Part shown: positions 29,476 to 41,957 of the stretch, piece after piece | Numbering within the stretch: position 1 is the first letter of the stretch | How the letters are laid out: each line of letters opens with the position of its first letter | Source of the DNA: Eledone cirrhosa | Lineage: Eukaryota | DNA length: 64,000 bases | Reading direction: 5' to 3' | Assembly (NCBI GenBank): GCA_964016885.1 | Contig: OZ024740.1 | Location: forward strand, 27,280,001 to 27,344,000 | Position numbers and translations under genes: made by a program | Notes under the pieces: generated by a model | What the model saw: only the letters and a program-made list of their open reading frames with translations | Told to the model about the DNA's origin: nothing | Databases searched by the model: none

Positions 29476-29786
29476 CCAGAGCCAGTCAAAACGTTATGCC
29501 TTTTTTTTATCATAGCAGGGTCATTTGTTTTTATAGAATGAGTTGAAATTTGGCACAAAGTTAAAGGGACATATCTTCTTGAGACTAAAATATCTCATTG
29601 TGTTTTTCCTATTTGTATGAGAGACTGAATTGGTTTCAAGATGGCCGCCATCTTGGAACTCCGTCAGAAGCAAAGAGCAGTAATTGAATTCCTTGTTACT
29701 GAAGGAGAAACCCCTGTTAACTTTCACAAGAGACTAAAATGTATTTATAAAGGTGACAAAAGACATTAATTTTTGACTGGCCCTCG
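29476..29786 (+). mobile_element. Internally deleted mariner retaining the transposase N-terminus (29641-29769)
   Basis: TA-CCAGAGCCAGTCAAAA and TTTTGACTGGCCCTCG-TA termini. MAAILELRQKQRAVIEFLVTEGETPVNFHKRLKCIYKGD resembles a mariner N-terminal HTH. Confidence 0.8.
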
Positions 29787-30295
29787 TAGAGGTATACACA
29801 TGCGTAAATCATCTAAATTTATAATATTGGTTTGTTTCTGTTATTTACCTTTGCTTGCTTATGTAATTAAGCAAGTTACACTAACGAAAATGTTCATAAC
29901 ATGTTCTTCTCGAAAACATTAATGTCATCTGATCAAAAAATTCTTCAGTAAAAGATGCTGAGCTAAAAAGGTCTAATAAGACGGAAACACGAACGTATCT
30001 CTTAATGTATCAACAAAAATCATCAGATTTTCCATTTAAGTGGGAAAATAAAATATTATAAAAAATGTATTCTCATAATTAATTTCGTTTGAGAGTCGCA
30101 CACATAAACCACCCACTATTTTTTTCTTTCCCCAACTAAGAGAAAATGTTTAATTCACTTAGAATGTTCACCTGTGCTACATAGTACATCATCACCTAAG
30201 ACATAAAGATTAGTGAGTGTGTATACGTGTATGAGTATAATTATATATACATAACTTTAATATATATATATATGTGTGTGCTTTAGTGTATGTAT

Positions 30296-30343
<48 letters not shown>

Positions 30344-30465
30344 CTTTGATAACTTTGATAGGTTTAAGCTAGTATTGGCCCAGGCCATGTCTAAATTAAT
30401 AGCACCACTGCCGACGTCTTTCAAATCAGGATTTGGACACCATGGGCCACTCAAGTAGAGAGTTA

Positions 30466-30942
30466 TTATTGTTTCAAACTGTTTGTAGACCAATCAACAC
30501 AGGGTAGATTAAAGTCTCCCATCATAAGTATGTTACTAAAATAGCACTGTTGAATAAAGCACTTAATGCTGTTGAGGCATTCTTTAAAGCGTAGTATGGG
30601 TGTTTGGTGAGGCCTATAGCGATCAACTACTATCAGATCATTGGCTTTGTTGTGCTCGGTTACTGATTCACAGTAGCCATTGGAGAATGTGATATTTCCA
30701 TCTGCTGTAAAGGAATCATGCAGGAAAATGGCAGTTCCACCCTTCCTTCTGTCGACACGATCCGCGCGGATGGTTGTTAAATTCCTCCCTTTCATTTTAG
30801 CTTCCATGTGGGAGTCGTCAAGGTGGGTCTCAGTAATAATGAAGAAAGGGATGTGGAGTGGATGTTTACCAACCCAATCCTCAATGAATTGGAGCTTCCA
30901 TTTTTGTGAATTAATGGAAGGGTTGACACCTTGTGTATTGAG
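30466..30942 (-). pseudogene. Apurinic-like endonuclease (APE) domain of a non-LTR retrotransposon, fragment
   Basis: In one frame: LNTQG...IITETHL...RADR..RKGGTAIFL...YRP...MGDFNLPCVDWS. Confidence 0.88.
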
Positions 30943-31039
30943 ATGTGGAGGCTAGTGTAGTGGTTGGTTTTGACTGTTGCAGTATAAACATATATGTGAG
31001 GGAATGAGTGAATATACAGGGTGTTCCAAAAAGTGTATA

Positions 31040-31323
31040 CACGGTGAAATTCCGTTATAAGGAAATTCAGAGGGCATAAAAATAAATTCGTTGGAACGAA
31101 AAATTCTTTATAACGAGATTGATATAACAAAACGAGCGTATGACCAGGTATTAAAAAAAGATTTCATTATTATAAACATTTGACTTTGCCTTTCATCCTT
31201 ACGGGGTCGATAAAATAAAGTACCAGTAATGCACTGGGTAATTGCTGGCCTTGTGCCTAAAGTAGAAACAATTATTATAAACATTTCTTTAAAATCGTAT
31301 TCGTTATAACGGAATTTTACCTG
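31040..31323. mobile_element. MITE with pogo/Tigger-like TIRs carrying a nested 5'-truncated SINE A (31182-31270, +)
   Basis: GGTGAAATTCCGTTATAA and TTATAACGGAATTTTACC termini. SINE flanked by the 16-bp duplication ATTATTATAAACATTT (31166-31181, 31271-31286). Confidence 0.75.
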
Positions 31324-31349
31324 TATTTATATATATATGAATAACTCTG

Positions 31350-31476
31350 TTCAGATCTAGCTGTCGAAACGGCAGGAGCTCAGCCGTCGGGGTCCTGACT
31401 CTTTTCCTATTACCCACTCTACTACGCTAAGTATCGAGTATGGTCCTCCTGGTAACTTACCACACTTTCTTTGTTA
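31350..31476 (+). mobile_element. PLE tail related to the 37415-39379 family (also about 27567-27625 and 59222-59280)
   Basis: CTGTCGAAACGGCAGGAGCTCAGCCGTCGGGGTCC...CCTATTACCCACTCTACTAC...TTACCACACTTTCTTTGTT-(TA)n. Confidence 0.75.
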
Positions 31477-31518
31477 TATATATATATATATGTGTGTGTG
31501 CGTGTGTGTGTGGGGGGC

Positions 31519-31560
<42 letters not shown>

Positions 31561-31689
31561 GCACATATATGCGAGATATATGTGAATGCAGCTAGTTGCA
31601 TGTGCATATATGAAGAAAAGGGAGCTGATTGGCTAGAGCAACATCGTGACACTATAAGAATAGCTGCGTTCACATGTACTTAACGACCA

Positions 31690-32525
31690 CCCTTCTACTT
31701 CATCTCCTACACCCAACACTCCTCTACCTACATACCTCCTACCGCGCCAACACCGCCACCTTCAACACAAACACCACCACCATAACACCTCAAGCGACAC
31801 CATCATCACCACCAGCAACAGCAACAGCAGCACCAACATTATAATTACCACCACCACCAACAACAACAACAACCAACCGACCATATACCACCACCACCAC
31901 CAACAGTAACAGCATAAACACCACCACTACCATCATCAGCACCACCACCGCCATCACTACCAACACCTCAAGCGACACCATCAACATCACCAACACCACA
32001 ACCACTACCACCACCACCACCATCGTCACAACACTCACTACCAACACCACCAACACCGCCATGCCAACACCACCACTACCACCACTACTACCACTACCCA
32101 CCACCATCACCACCACCACCATCAACACCATCACCATCACCAGCACCGCCACAACCACCATTACCACCACCACCAATACCACTACCCCCCCACCCCCCCC
32201 ACCACCACCACCACCACCAACACCAACCCCATCACCACCACCATCACCACCATCAACAACCACAACCACCACCACCACCATCCCACCATCACCAACACTA
32301 CCACTACCCCCATCACCACCACCACCAACAACACTACCACCACCACCACCACCACTACTACCACCACCGCCACCACCACCACCACCACTATTACTAACAC
32401 CGCCACTACCACCACAACTACCACTAATACCATCACCACCACCATCACCACCACCGTCACCACCACCACCACTACCCCACCATCACAACCATCCCACCAT
32501 CACCAACACCACCACCACCACCACC
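31690..32525. repeat. Degenerate (CAC/CAA/CAT)n trinucleotide region
   Basis: Direct reading. Confidence 0.9.
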
Positions 32526-32916
32526 CGTTACAACATTCCCGTAATTGCTGTTGTGTAAATAATGTTCCAGCGATTCCATGTTACGTGGTGCAGTTTTCTA
32601 CTAGGTTATCTCTGGCAATGTAGTGCAGCTTGTTACTAGATAATGCACTTGCACACACACACACACACACATGAATGTATGTATGTATGTATATACGTAT
32701 GTGTGTATCTCTGTGTATTTATGTATGCATGTATGTATGTACTTATATATACATGCATGTATGTATATATGCATGCATGTATCTATGTACCTATGTGTGT
32801 ATGTACCTATATATGTATGTACCTATGTATGTATGTATGCATGCATGTATCTATGTAGGCATGTATGTATCTACTTAAGAATCATATATATGTATGCATG
32901 TATGTTTGAAAGTATG

Positions 32917-32947
<31 letters not shown>

Positions 32948-34456
32948 TCTCAGCTGGCCTCTTCCTCACACTTCCACTCACTCACTCTCTGCTTCTCTCC
33001 CCTCTCTCACTTCCTCCCGTTTGACCTGTGTGAAATCCTTTTCTCGCTCACATCTCACCCATGACGGATGGTCTGTATCTATCGTCCATGAATTCACCAA
33101 GCTTAAGCTTATAGATATCATGTACTTGTCTCTTCCTATCTTTCCGTTGCAATACCATCTTTGGTTGTTTACATGTCTCGCTCGCTTCACGCTATTTTAC
33201 TTGTCCCAATAACTTTATCTAGTTATTGCTCGCATCAACCAGAGGTATATGATTTTTAAAGCGATGAAATAACAATGAGGGTTGGAAGATCACTGATGAA
33301 GGACTAAATTTATTCATATGTAACCCATGTGCAACCACGGAGCACTCCATTTTTCTTATATTTATATATATATATATGCAGAAGTTATATTTAATTTGTT
33401 GGGATTAAACAAGCTTATAAGTTTTATAACTGATATAAAGCACTCAACAAGTTACTTGAGTAAATATTCAATATATTAATAAATGGAAACTATATTTATA
33501 AAACCATAATTATTTTATTATATATATTTCAGGGGCAACCAAGACAGTTTTAGTGCGCTTTCATTAGATAAAATACAAAATTTGTTTAATAAATGTTGAC
33601 ATACCCGTAGAAAAAGAACCTTGACGGTTGAAGGTTCGCTGGATCTATATATGTATGTTTGTATGTTTGTATGATATGTATGTTTGTAAGTTTGTATGAA
33701 TGATATGTATGTATGTATGTATGATATGGATGAATGATATGTAAGTATGATATGTATGTATGATATGTTTGTATGAATGATGTGTGTATGTATGTATGAT
33801 ATGTATATAGGTATGATATGTATGTATGTATGCATGTATACATGTATGTACGATATGTATGTATGATATGTATGTATGTATGTATGATATGTATGTATGT
33901 ATATATATGTATGTATGTGTATATGTATGTATGTATGATATCTATGTATGTATGTATGTATGTATGATATTTATGTATGTATGATATGTATGTATGTATG
34001 TATGTATGTATGATGACCCCTTAGCCTTTGTCAAGGCAGAATTCTAGGAGAAGGAAAACTCTGATATAACACCTGCAACCCTGATGGTATCCAATGATGT
34101 TGACTTGTTCTTCTTTTTGGTAAATATCATATTGGTTAAGAGAGTTGGACTGGCTTTGTGCAGTGCCTTTGCTCACTATAAAAGCTTCACGGCAAAGGCA
34201 TTGCTTTATATCTGGAGATCTCTCTGCACTTGCCGTCATATGGTACCATGGGCCCAGCACTGTGTCAATAATTGTCACAAGTGTTTGTACCAGAGTTTTC
34301 AAGTAGCTGGCTGGACTAAAAATTCACACTCGTTCAGCGCATCGGTAAGGGTTCTTCTACATGGATATAAAGTAGTGGCCGTACTCGAAAACGAGTTGAC
34401 AGCCACCATGTAGTTCGGTAGGTAATCTATATTGATGTAGCGGGTGTTGTCGCTAC

Positions 34457-34523
<67 letters not shown>

Positions 34524-35088
34524 GATCAAAAGTTTAACAAGGTTCATTGATTAATCAATGTATAAAGTTTTACAATAGATTAGAAGCACTCAACAAAGAG
34601 GTTTTCTGGAGTTGTTAATATTACTTCAGAATATTAATAAATATAACATTCATGTGACCAAATATATTTTATTATACATATTTCAGAGGTAATGTGATGT
34701 TTCATCAGTACGTCCTCATCAGATCAAATACATTGATGTCTGACATACCTCAACTATTCTGAAGTAATACTAATATATATATATTTCTGTTGTCTCTCTT
34801 TAATATGTTTCCCTTGGAAATACACTCATATATACATAGCATTTCCATATCATATATATATATATACATCCGTATATTGATACATAAATACAATAAATAC
34901 ATGTACACACTAACACACAATCACAGTCGTTCACACACACACAGAGACACACACACACACACTCGTACACACACACACACATACGCACATAGATAGACAT
35001 ATATATATATATCGGGGGTAACCACAGTAAGGTATTCAATTCAAAGCAGAATGAATGGGTTCAAGTCCTGTAGAAGTTTTTTCTATAT

Positions 35089-35145
<57 letters not shown>

Positions 35146-35724
35146 TTCGTTTCTGAATTTGTTTAGCAAGATTCTTTATCTGAAATCGTGTGTTGAAACC
35201 GATATTGTTATATTTTGGGAGGGTCATGTTGCCAATAAGAAACACACGCACCAGTTGCTTTCACTTCAATTTAATTTATTATTTATTTATAAATTTACAA
35301 ATTTATAAATTTCTGGTTGGTTGGTTGGTTCCACAACCAGATAGTTGTTTATATATATATAGTCATAGTTCTTTCGTCACACACTTTGTGACCTCTTCAG
35401 TGACTGGGGATTTCTTTCTTCGTTTCTGTGCCTTTCCTTTCTTCTATCCTACGCCATTTTGTTTGTGTGTGGGTTGCGTGCTCAGTTTGCGCATGCGCCA
35501 CATCCGGGTGTCTGTGTGTGTTTGTGTTCATTTTTCTATTTTTCTATTTATATTTTTCTATTTATATTTTTCTATTTGTTTGTTTATTTATTTGTTTATT
35601 GTTGGTTGGTTGTTTGTTCTATGTGTGTGTGTGTTTTCATTTTGTCTTGTGTGTGTTTTCATTTTGTGTGTGTTTTCAATTGTAAGTTGTTTGTTCTATG
35701 TGTGTGTGTGTTTTCATTTTGTCC

Positions 35725-36042
35725 TTAATTGTAAGTTGTGATGTTGCTGTTCCACTCATATTTTCTATTTAATTTTGGTTTTAATTCTTTTATGCTTACT
35801 GCCTCTGTAATTTGCCTAAACATTGCGTCTTTCTTGTGTGTGGATTCTATTTTTATTTCTATGCTCTCTAATTTACCCCTGTGTTCTATCTTAGCATGTT
35901 GGTAGAGCACAGATGATTCTTTATTATCTTGGAGGTCTCGCCAGTGTTCATTTATTCTTTCCCCTATACTACGAGCTGTCTCACCTATGTACACTATATT
36001 TTTGTTTCTACATTGTCCTTCAGTACATCTTATGCTATATAG
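35725..36042 (-). pseudogene. PLE GIY-YIG endonuclease domain (5'-truncated)
   Basis: LYSIRCTEGQCRNKNIVYIGETARSIGERINEH...RQITEAVSI....PKLN. Confidence 0.9.
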
Positions 36043-36360
36043 CTATATAGCATAAGATGTACTGAAGGACAATGTAGAAACAAAAATATAGTGTACATAG
36101 GTGAGACAGCTCGTAGTATAGGGGAAAGAATAAATGAACACTGGCGAGACCTCCAAGATAATAAAGAATCATCTGTGCTCTACCAACATGCTAAGATAGA
36201 ACACAGGGGTAAATTAGAGAGCATAGAAATAAAAATAGAATCCACACACAAGAAAGACGCAATGTTTAGGCAAATTACAGAGGCAGTAAGCATAAAAGAA
36301 TTAAAACCAAAATTAAATAGAAAATATGAGTGGAACAGCAACATCACAACTTACAATTAA
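36043..36360 (+). pseudogene. PLE GIY-YIG endonuclease domain (mirror copy)
   Basis: Same peptide as 35725-36042. Confidence 0.9.
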
Positions 36361-36588
36361 GGACAAAATGAAAACACACACACACATAGAACAAACAACC
36401 AACCAACAATAAACAAATAAATAAACAAACAAATAGAAAAATATAAATAGAAAAATAGAAAAATGAACACAAACACACACAGACACCCGGATGTGGCGCA
36501 TGCGCAAACTGAGCACGCAACCCACACACAAACAAAATGGCGTAGGATAGAAGAAAGGAAAGGCACAGAAACGAAGAAAGAAATCCCC

Positions 36589-36633
36589 AGTCACTGAAGA
36601 GGTCACAAAGTGTGTGACGAAAGAACTATGACT
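36589..36633 (+). ncRNA. Minimal type-I hammerhead ribozyme motif (mirror at 35361-35405, -)
   Basis: AGTCA-CTGAAGA-G-GTCACA..TGTGAC-GAAA-G-AA-CTA-TGACT; stem I AGTCA/TGACT. Confidence 0.75.
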
Positions 36634-36784
36634 ATATATATATAAACAACTATCTGGTTGTGGAACCAACCAACCAACCAGAAATTTATAAATTTGTAAA
36701 TTTATAAATATATAATAAATTAAATTGAAGTGAAAGCAACTGGTGCGTGTGTTTCTTATTGGCAACATGACCCTCCCAAAATAT

Positions 36785-36890
<106 letters not shown>

Positions 36891-37114
36891 TCATTTGATT
36901 TATTGATTTATTGATATTTTATCTGAGTGTCCCGAATCTTCCAGATCGTAATTTTTCGGTCGTATGGTTGATTTTAGACATGTTCTATGTGTGTCGGTAT
37001 TTTAACGATAGTTATAGCTCTGATTTATCTGAATTATTGAGCCCTCTGCCGCTCATTTCGAATTTTGTTTATCGTGAACTCGTGCGCCGATTTTTCGATA
37101 CTCGATTATTCTAC

Positions 37115-37169
<55 letters not shown>

Positions 37170-37507
37170 CAAAAGGGATATTTATTCTATTATATATATT
37201 TCATCACATAAACTTGAACCGTTAATATCTCCTTCCTGGATATGTCAATAGTTTTAAAACAAACTTTGTATTTTATATGAGAGCGTACCAAAGTTTTCGT
37301 ACCCTTGAAATATATATAATACAATAAATATGGTTTTATAAATATAGTTTCCATTTATTAATATCATTGATATATATATATATATACATATAAAAACAAT
37401 ATATATATATATATAACGAAGGAAATGTGGTAAGGAACCAGGTGGGCCATAACGCACCAAAGTACTCAATACTTAGGGCAGTAGAGTGGGTAATAGGAAC
37501 CAGTAAG

Positions 37508-37601
37508 ACCCCGACGGCTGAGCTCAAGCCGTTTCGACGGCTAATTCTGGACTAAATGAAAATTTATCCTGGTATTTAAATAGCCGAGCTTCTCAAGGGG
37601 T
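37508..37601 (-). ncRNA. Type-I hammerhead with U3-A8 core, long loop II and full stem III (+ copy 39271-39364 has GAAA mutated to AAAA)
   Basis: Minus strand: ACCCC-TTGAGAA-GCTCGGCTA...TAGCCGTC-GAAA-CGGCT-TGAGCTC-AGCCG-TC-GGGGT. Confidence 0.8.
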
Positions 37602-37734
37602 AATTCCATATATGGTCAAAGTGATTGTCACAAGGATTGGTCACAAGTTAGTAGTAATTCTGTGATGGCAAATTAGTGGGGAAGGGGTAGCTAAACCTGC
37701 CAGTAGGAAACCTGCCAGATGCAGAGACCGTAAT

Positions 37735-38136
37735 GTGATCTACCAGTGCAACGTGAGGACGGACACCTCCAACAAAGCTTATATAGGATTAACCGCATGT
37801 GACTTCAAGACCCGGCTATACCAACACAGACATACCTCCCGAAACCCGGCCCGGCGTCACGCCACTACACTTTCGGGCCACATATGGGACCTCAAGGACA
37901 ACAACATCACCTATGATCTCACATGGAGATTACTGTCCAGAGCCAACTCTTACACGGGAGGACGCTGTCCGTGCAATTTATGCTCGGAGGAAACTTTACA
38001 AATGCTGTTTTCGACGGACCAACTCCTAAACAAGAAAGATGAAATGGCTACTGCATGTAAACACAGATTGCGTAGGACTTACCTCGCCCTCAAACCCCAT
38101 AATGACCCGGGGGGGGGGGGTAGACTAGGGCTATAA
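37735..38136 (+). pseudogene. PLE GIY-YIG endonuclease domain
   Basis: NVIYQC...YIGLT..DFKTR..QH...TTLSGHIWDLK......TWRLL...CNLCSEE....LLNKKDE...CKH. Confidence 0.9.
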
Positions 38137-38878
38137 CACCCCACTTGCCGATTTTGTAATGGGTAACCCCTGGTTGCCAAGGGAGACGTAAGATCTTCTT
38201 TTATATTCTTTTATCGCTTCCTCTATATTTCCTTCTTCCCCCCATCCCTCCCTAGTCCTTCTACCCCAGTTCTTTTTCTTTGTCGGCGTTTCTCGCCCAC
38301 CCGAGGCAGCCCCTCGGCCCCTTGTAGCCTCAGTACCCCCACTGCCTCCCCTATTCTATGATAGATTTGGCGGACTCCGCTTTTTATAGCAGTTGTGTTA
38401 AACCTAGGATACTTGCCCCCTTATCTGACCGCTGCCCCCTATTTTCCCGTGCCTTCTATATTTCTTAGTGGCATCTTTGCTTTAATTTCTCCTTTATTTA
38501 CTATTTCTTTCTTCTCTTTTCTTTTGGGCGGGGGGGATTCTGAATTAATTTTCCGTATTTTACTTTTACTTCGTACGAACTTTCATATAGCTTGTATAAG
38601 AACTTTTGTAGCGTGTCGGTACCCTTAGAGTTAGCATTAGTATATTTTTTTCGGGACTCTGAATTATTATTTCATACTAGTTTACTTTTATGCACTGGGT
38701 GGTTGCTGGCCTTGTGCCTGGGGTAGAAACCTTTATTAATTATTTCGTGGTAGTTTCTTTAGTATTTTGCCCCCCTTTGTTGACCCGTCACCGTATGATA
38801 TACGTACTTATACCTCTTAAAAGGGTCTCTTCTTATTCCGTCCCACCTAGTTTATATATTTATTATTTTTTTATTTTT

Positions 38879-38921
<43 letters not shown>

Positions 38922-39400
38922 GCCTAGCAAAAGCGAGAGACTTAGGTCGTAGAAATTGCTTATTTTTTTCTTTACATTTATTCGCTTTTTATCACTCTCA
39001 GTATCTTCTTTTTTTTTATATATATATTTACCCTTCATTGTTCTACTTACCGTTTCGACTTCCTCCCCATCCCCCTGCCTAGTATCTTCTTTGACCTCAC
39101 GCCCAGCTGTAGCTGGCACTACCAACGCATGAATGGGTCTACTCCACCCCCTCCCCTTTTTCTCCTACTGGCAGGTTTAGCTACCCCTTCCCCCACTAAT
39201 TTGCCATCACAGAATTACTACTAACTTGTGACCAATCCTTGTGACAATCACTTTGACCATATATGGAATTACCCCTTGAGAAGCTCGGCTATTTAAATAC
39301 CAGGATAAATTTTCATTTAGTCCAGAATTAGCCGTCAAAACGGCTTGAGCTCAGCCGTCGGGGTCTTACTGGTTCCTATATATATATATATATATATATA

Positions 39401-39980
39401 TAATGAAAAATGAAAAATGAAAAATTAGAAATAGAAGTTATGATTATCCCTCATCAGTTGTCTACCAGACATCATAGGTATTTCTTCGCGTTAGAGATAA
39501 TATACCTCCACCCAGGGAGATTCAATAACTAAGGTAAGTTATTGGGATAAAAAGAGTTGGGTGGAGAAAGACATGTGAAGAGACACGATGGCTGAAGTAA
39601 CGTAAAGAGAGGAAAAAAGGAAAACATCAAGTCAATAATTCATTTCGAACATAAGAAGGGGCGAATTTTGACGAGGAGAAAAAGACACGACTTGACCGTA
39701 CGGGTGTGAGCGAGAAGATGACCGCGTACACTGTTGAACGATGGAGGAAGTGAGAGAGAGGGTGAGTAGAAGAGAGTGAGTGAGTGAAAATGCGGGGAAG
39801 AGGCTAGCCGTCCACCCACTTCTTTTTATCCCAATAACTTACTTTAGTTATTGAATCTCCCTGGGCGGCGGTATATTATCTATGATGCCTGGTAGACAAC
39901 TGATGAGAGATCATCATAACTTCTATTTCTAATTTTTCATTTTTCATTATACTTATTTGCAGCAACACAGCTCGCCATTT
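39401..39980. mobile_element. Inverted-repeat element between (TA)n tracts; interior related to 32950-33360
   Basis: About 39401-39565 is the reverse complement of 39811-39950. Minus-strand interior GCCTCTTCC...CACTCACTCACTCTCT...TCTCACTTCCTCC...TTCTCGCTCACA is shared with 32955-33055. Confidence 0.75.
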
Positions 39981-40006
39981 ATATATATTTATATATATAT
40001 ATTTTG

Positions 40007-40652
40007 AGTTTATGTTGGTTGTATACCAACACCTCAGTATGCAGCCTGGAGCACTCGACGAAGTGCGCAGGTTGGTTTGGTTAATCCGGAGTAGTGTAAA
40101 ATAAAGTTAAATAAAAGTCAAATGATTAAAATTTAGCTTCGTTTATTACTGCTATATATATTTCAGTGACAGCCATCTTTTGCTGTGACCTCTTCAAGCA
40201 GTTTGAATTAGTATGATATAGACAAGTACATATGTTGTTTAGGTGTATAATATTGTCAATACTCTGATATGCCCAGTTCCTTGCTGGGTTGTTATTTCAC
40301 TGAGGAACTGGAGTCATATGAATTCAAACAAACGAATTCATATGACTCCAGTTCCTCAGTGAAATAACAACCCAGCAAGGAACTGGGCATATCAGAGTAT
40401 TGACAATATTATACACCTAAACAACATATGTACTTGTCTATATCATACTAATTCAAACTGCTTGAAGAGGTCACAGCAAAAGATGGCTGTCACTGAAATA
40501 TATATAGCAGTAATAAACGAAGCTAAATTTTAATCATTTGACTTTTATTTAACTTTATTTTACACTACTCCGGATTAACCAAACCAACCTGCGCACTTCG
40601 TCGAGTGCTCCAGCCTGCATACTGAGGTATTGGTATACAACCAACATAAACT
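40007..40652. mobile_element. Palindrome of two 319-bp arms (8-bp spacer), each with a hammerhead-like motif (40457-40511 +, 40148-40202 -)
   Basis: Arms 40007-40325 and 40334-40652, about two mismatches seen. Motif: ACTGC-TTGAAGA-GGTCACAGC..GCTGTCACT-GAAA-T-ATAT-ATA-GCAGT. Confidence 0.88.
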
Positions 40653-41052
40653 AGATATAACACAAACACTTTTAATTTACTAGATTTCTGATTTTCAAGT
40701 TCCAATCTTAAATCTTGATTTCTCTTTATTAATTTGTTATTTGTTTTCTGCCCTCTTCACTGTATCACCTTATATTTATTTTTAAGTTGAGATTGATTAT
40801 AACTCAATGTAATCCAAATATCATGAAAAGAGAAGATGTATTCAAAATATTTTCGATGAAAAACACAGGAAAACAGAGTCAAGATAAATTAATAAATATA
40901 ATGAATAAAAACAAAGAAAAAGTTCCTTATATTAAAAAATTCATCATTTTACGATCGTTTCTAGGATATATATATGTGTGTTGGTATGTATATCATATAG
41001 ATCTATGTAAAACACATTTGTGAGAAAAACCACAGACCCTCCATCTCAACTC

Positions 41053-41092
41053 TACTTTTGAAAAGCAGAAGAACTGCGAAACCGGTAAAGGA
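41053..41092 (+). ncRNA. Minimal hammerhead motif, U3-A8 core, palindromic ACCGGT stem III
   Basis: TACTT-TTGAAAA-GCAG-AAGAA-CTGC-GAAA-C-CG-GTA-AAGGA. Confidence 0.65.
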
Positions 41093-41333
41093 ACCAAATA
41101 AATATATATAATTTTTTTAAAATAAGACTTTAGTTGCATTTTCGATTTCATCTTTTTTTCTTTATATATATATAATGCATATGAAACAATTTATTTTAAT
41201 GCCTTTTTTATATATACACATATATACACACACACACATATATATATACAGGATGTCGCCAAAAATATATACATATTTCAACAGCCAAAAAAGGCATTAA
41301 AATAAATTGTTTCATATGCATTATTTAAATTAT

Positions 41334-41522
41334 AAGGGCGGTGGATTGGCAGTATCGGTAGAGGTTCGGACGCCATGCTTTGACGCATAGAGTTACGGCC
41401 CTTGCCATTCTGAGTTCAAATCCCGCCGAGGTTAACTTTGCCTTTCATCCCTATGGGATCGATAAAATAAAGTACCAGTAATGCACTGAGTAATTGCTGG
41501 CCTTGTGCCAATAGTAGAAACA
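41334..41522 (+). mobile_element. SINE family A, full length, with 14-bp target-site duplication
   Basis: A box TGGCAGTATCGG, B box GAGTTCAAATCC; ATTATTTAAATTAT at 41320-41333 and 41523-41536. Confidence 0.93.
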
Positions 41523-41765
41523 ATTATTTAAATTATGAAAACATTTTTGGGTATTTACGTACACTTGGATTATGTCTGGAGATTTTATTTTTGGGAAAGG
41601 TTGTAGATTCTAATAAATATTGCTTGTACGGGTAATTAAAATATGTATACATACTGTATATATTGGGACATACTGTATATATATATATATATATTCCGAA
41701 GAAAAAGCAAAGGAAAAACTGTAGAGAACAGCTATTTAATTAGAAAACACAATATATATAACTAC

Positions 41766-41831
41766 TCCATAACCAAAGGTTTCTGGACCCTAGACAATAA
41801 TAATATACGTCTGGATCGTTCATCAGACAGA
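41766..41831 (-). ncRNA. Hammerhead motif in a (TA)n-flanked insertion (about 41695-41840)
   Basis: Minus strand: TCTGT-CTGATGA-ACGATCCAGAC...GTCTAGGGTCCA-GAAA-CC-TTT-GG-TT-ATGGA. Confidence 0.55.
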
Positions 41832-41836
41832 GATGT

Positions 41837-41957
<121 letters not shown>

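Larger units (their letters stand above)
37415..39379 (+). mobile_element. 5'-truncated PLE: inverted pseudo-LTR (37415-37708), GIY-YIG, pyrimidine-rich 3'UTR, pseudo-LTR (39163-39379)
   Basis: 37493-37708 is the reverse complement of 39163-39379; (TA)n on both sides; diverged relative at 44612-45080 (-). Confidence 0.92.

Noticed and set aside
34015-34450. Unique-looking segment with ORFs on both strands
   Set aside because: Begins with an RTE 5'UTR-like GGAGAAGGAAAACTCTGA motif, but no recognisable protein motif follows; left unannotated.
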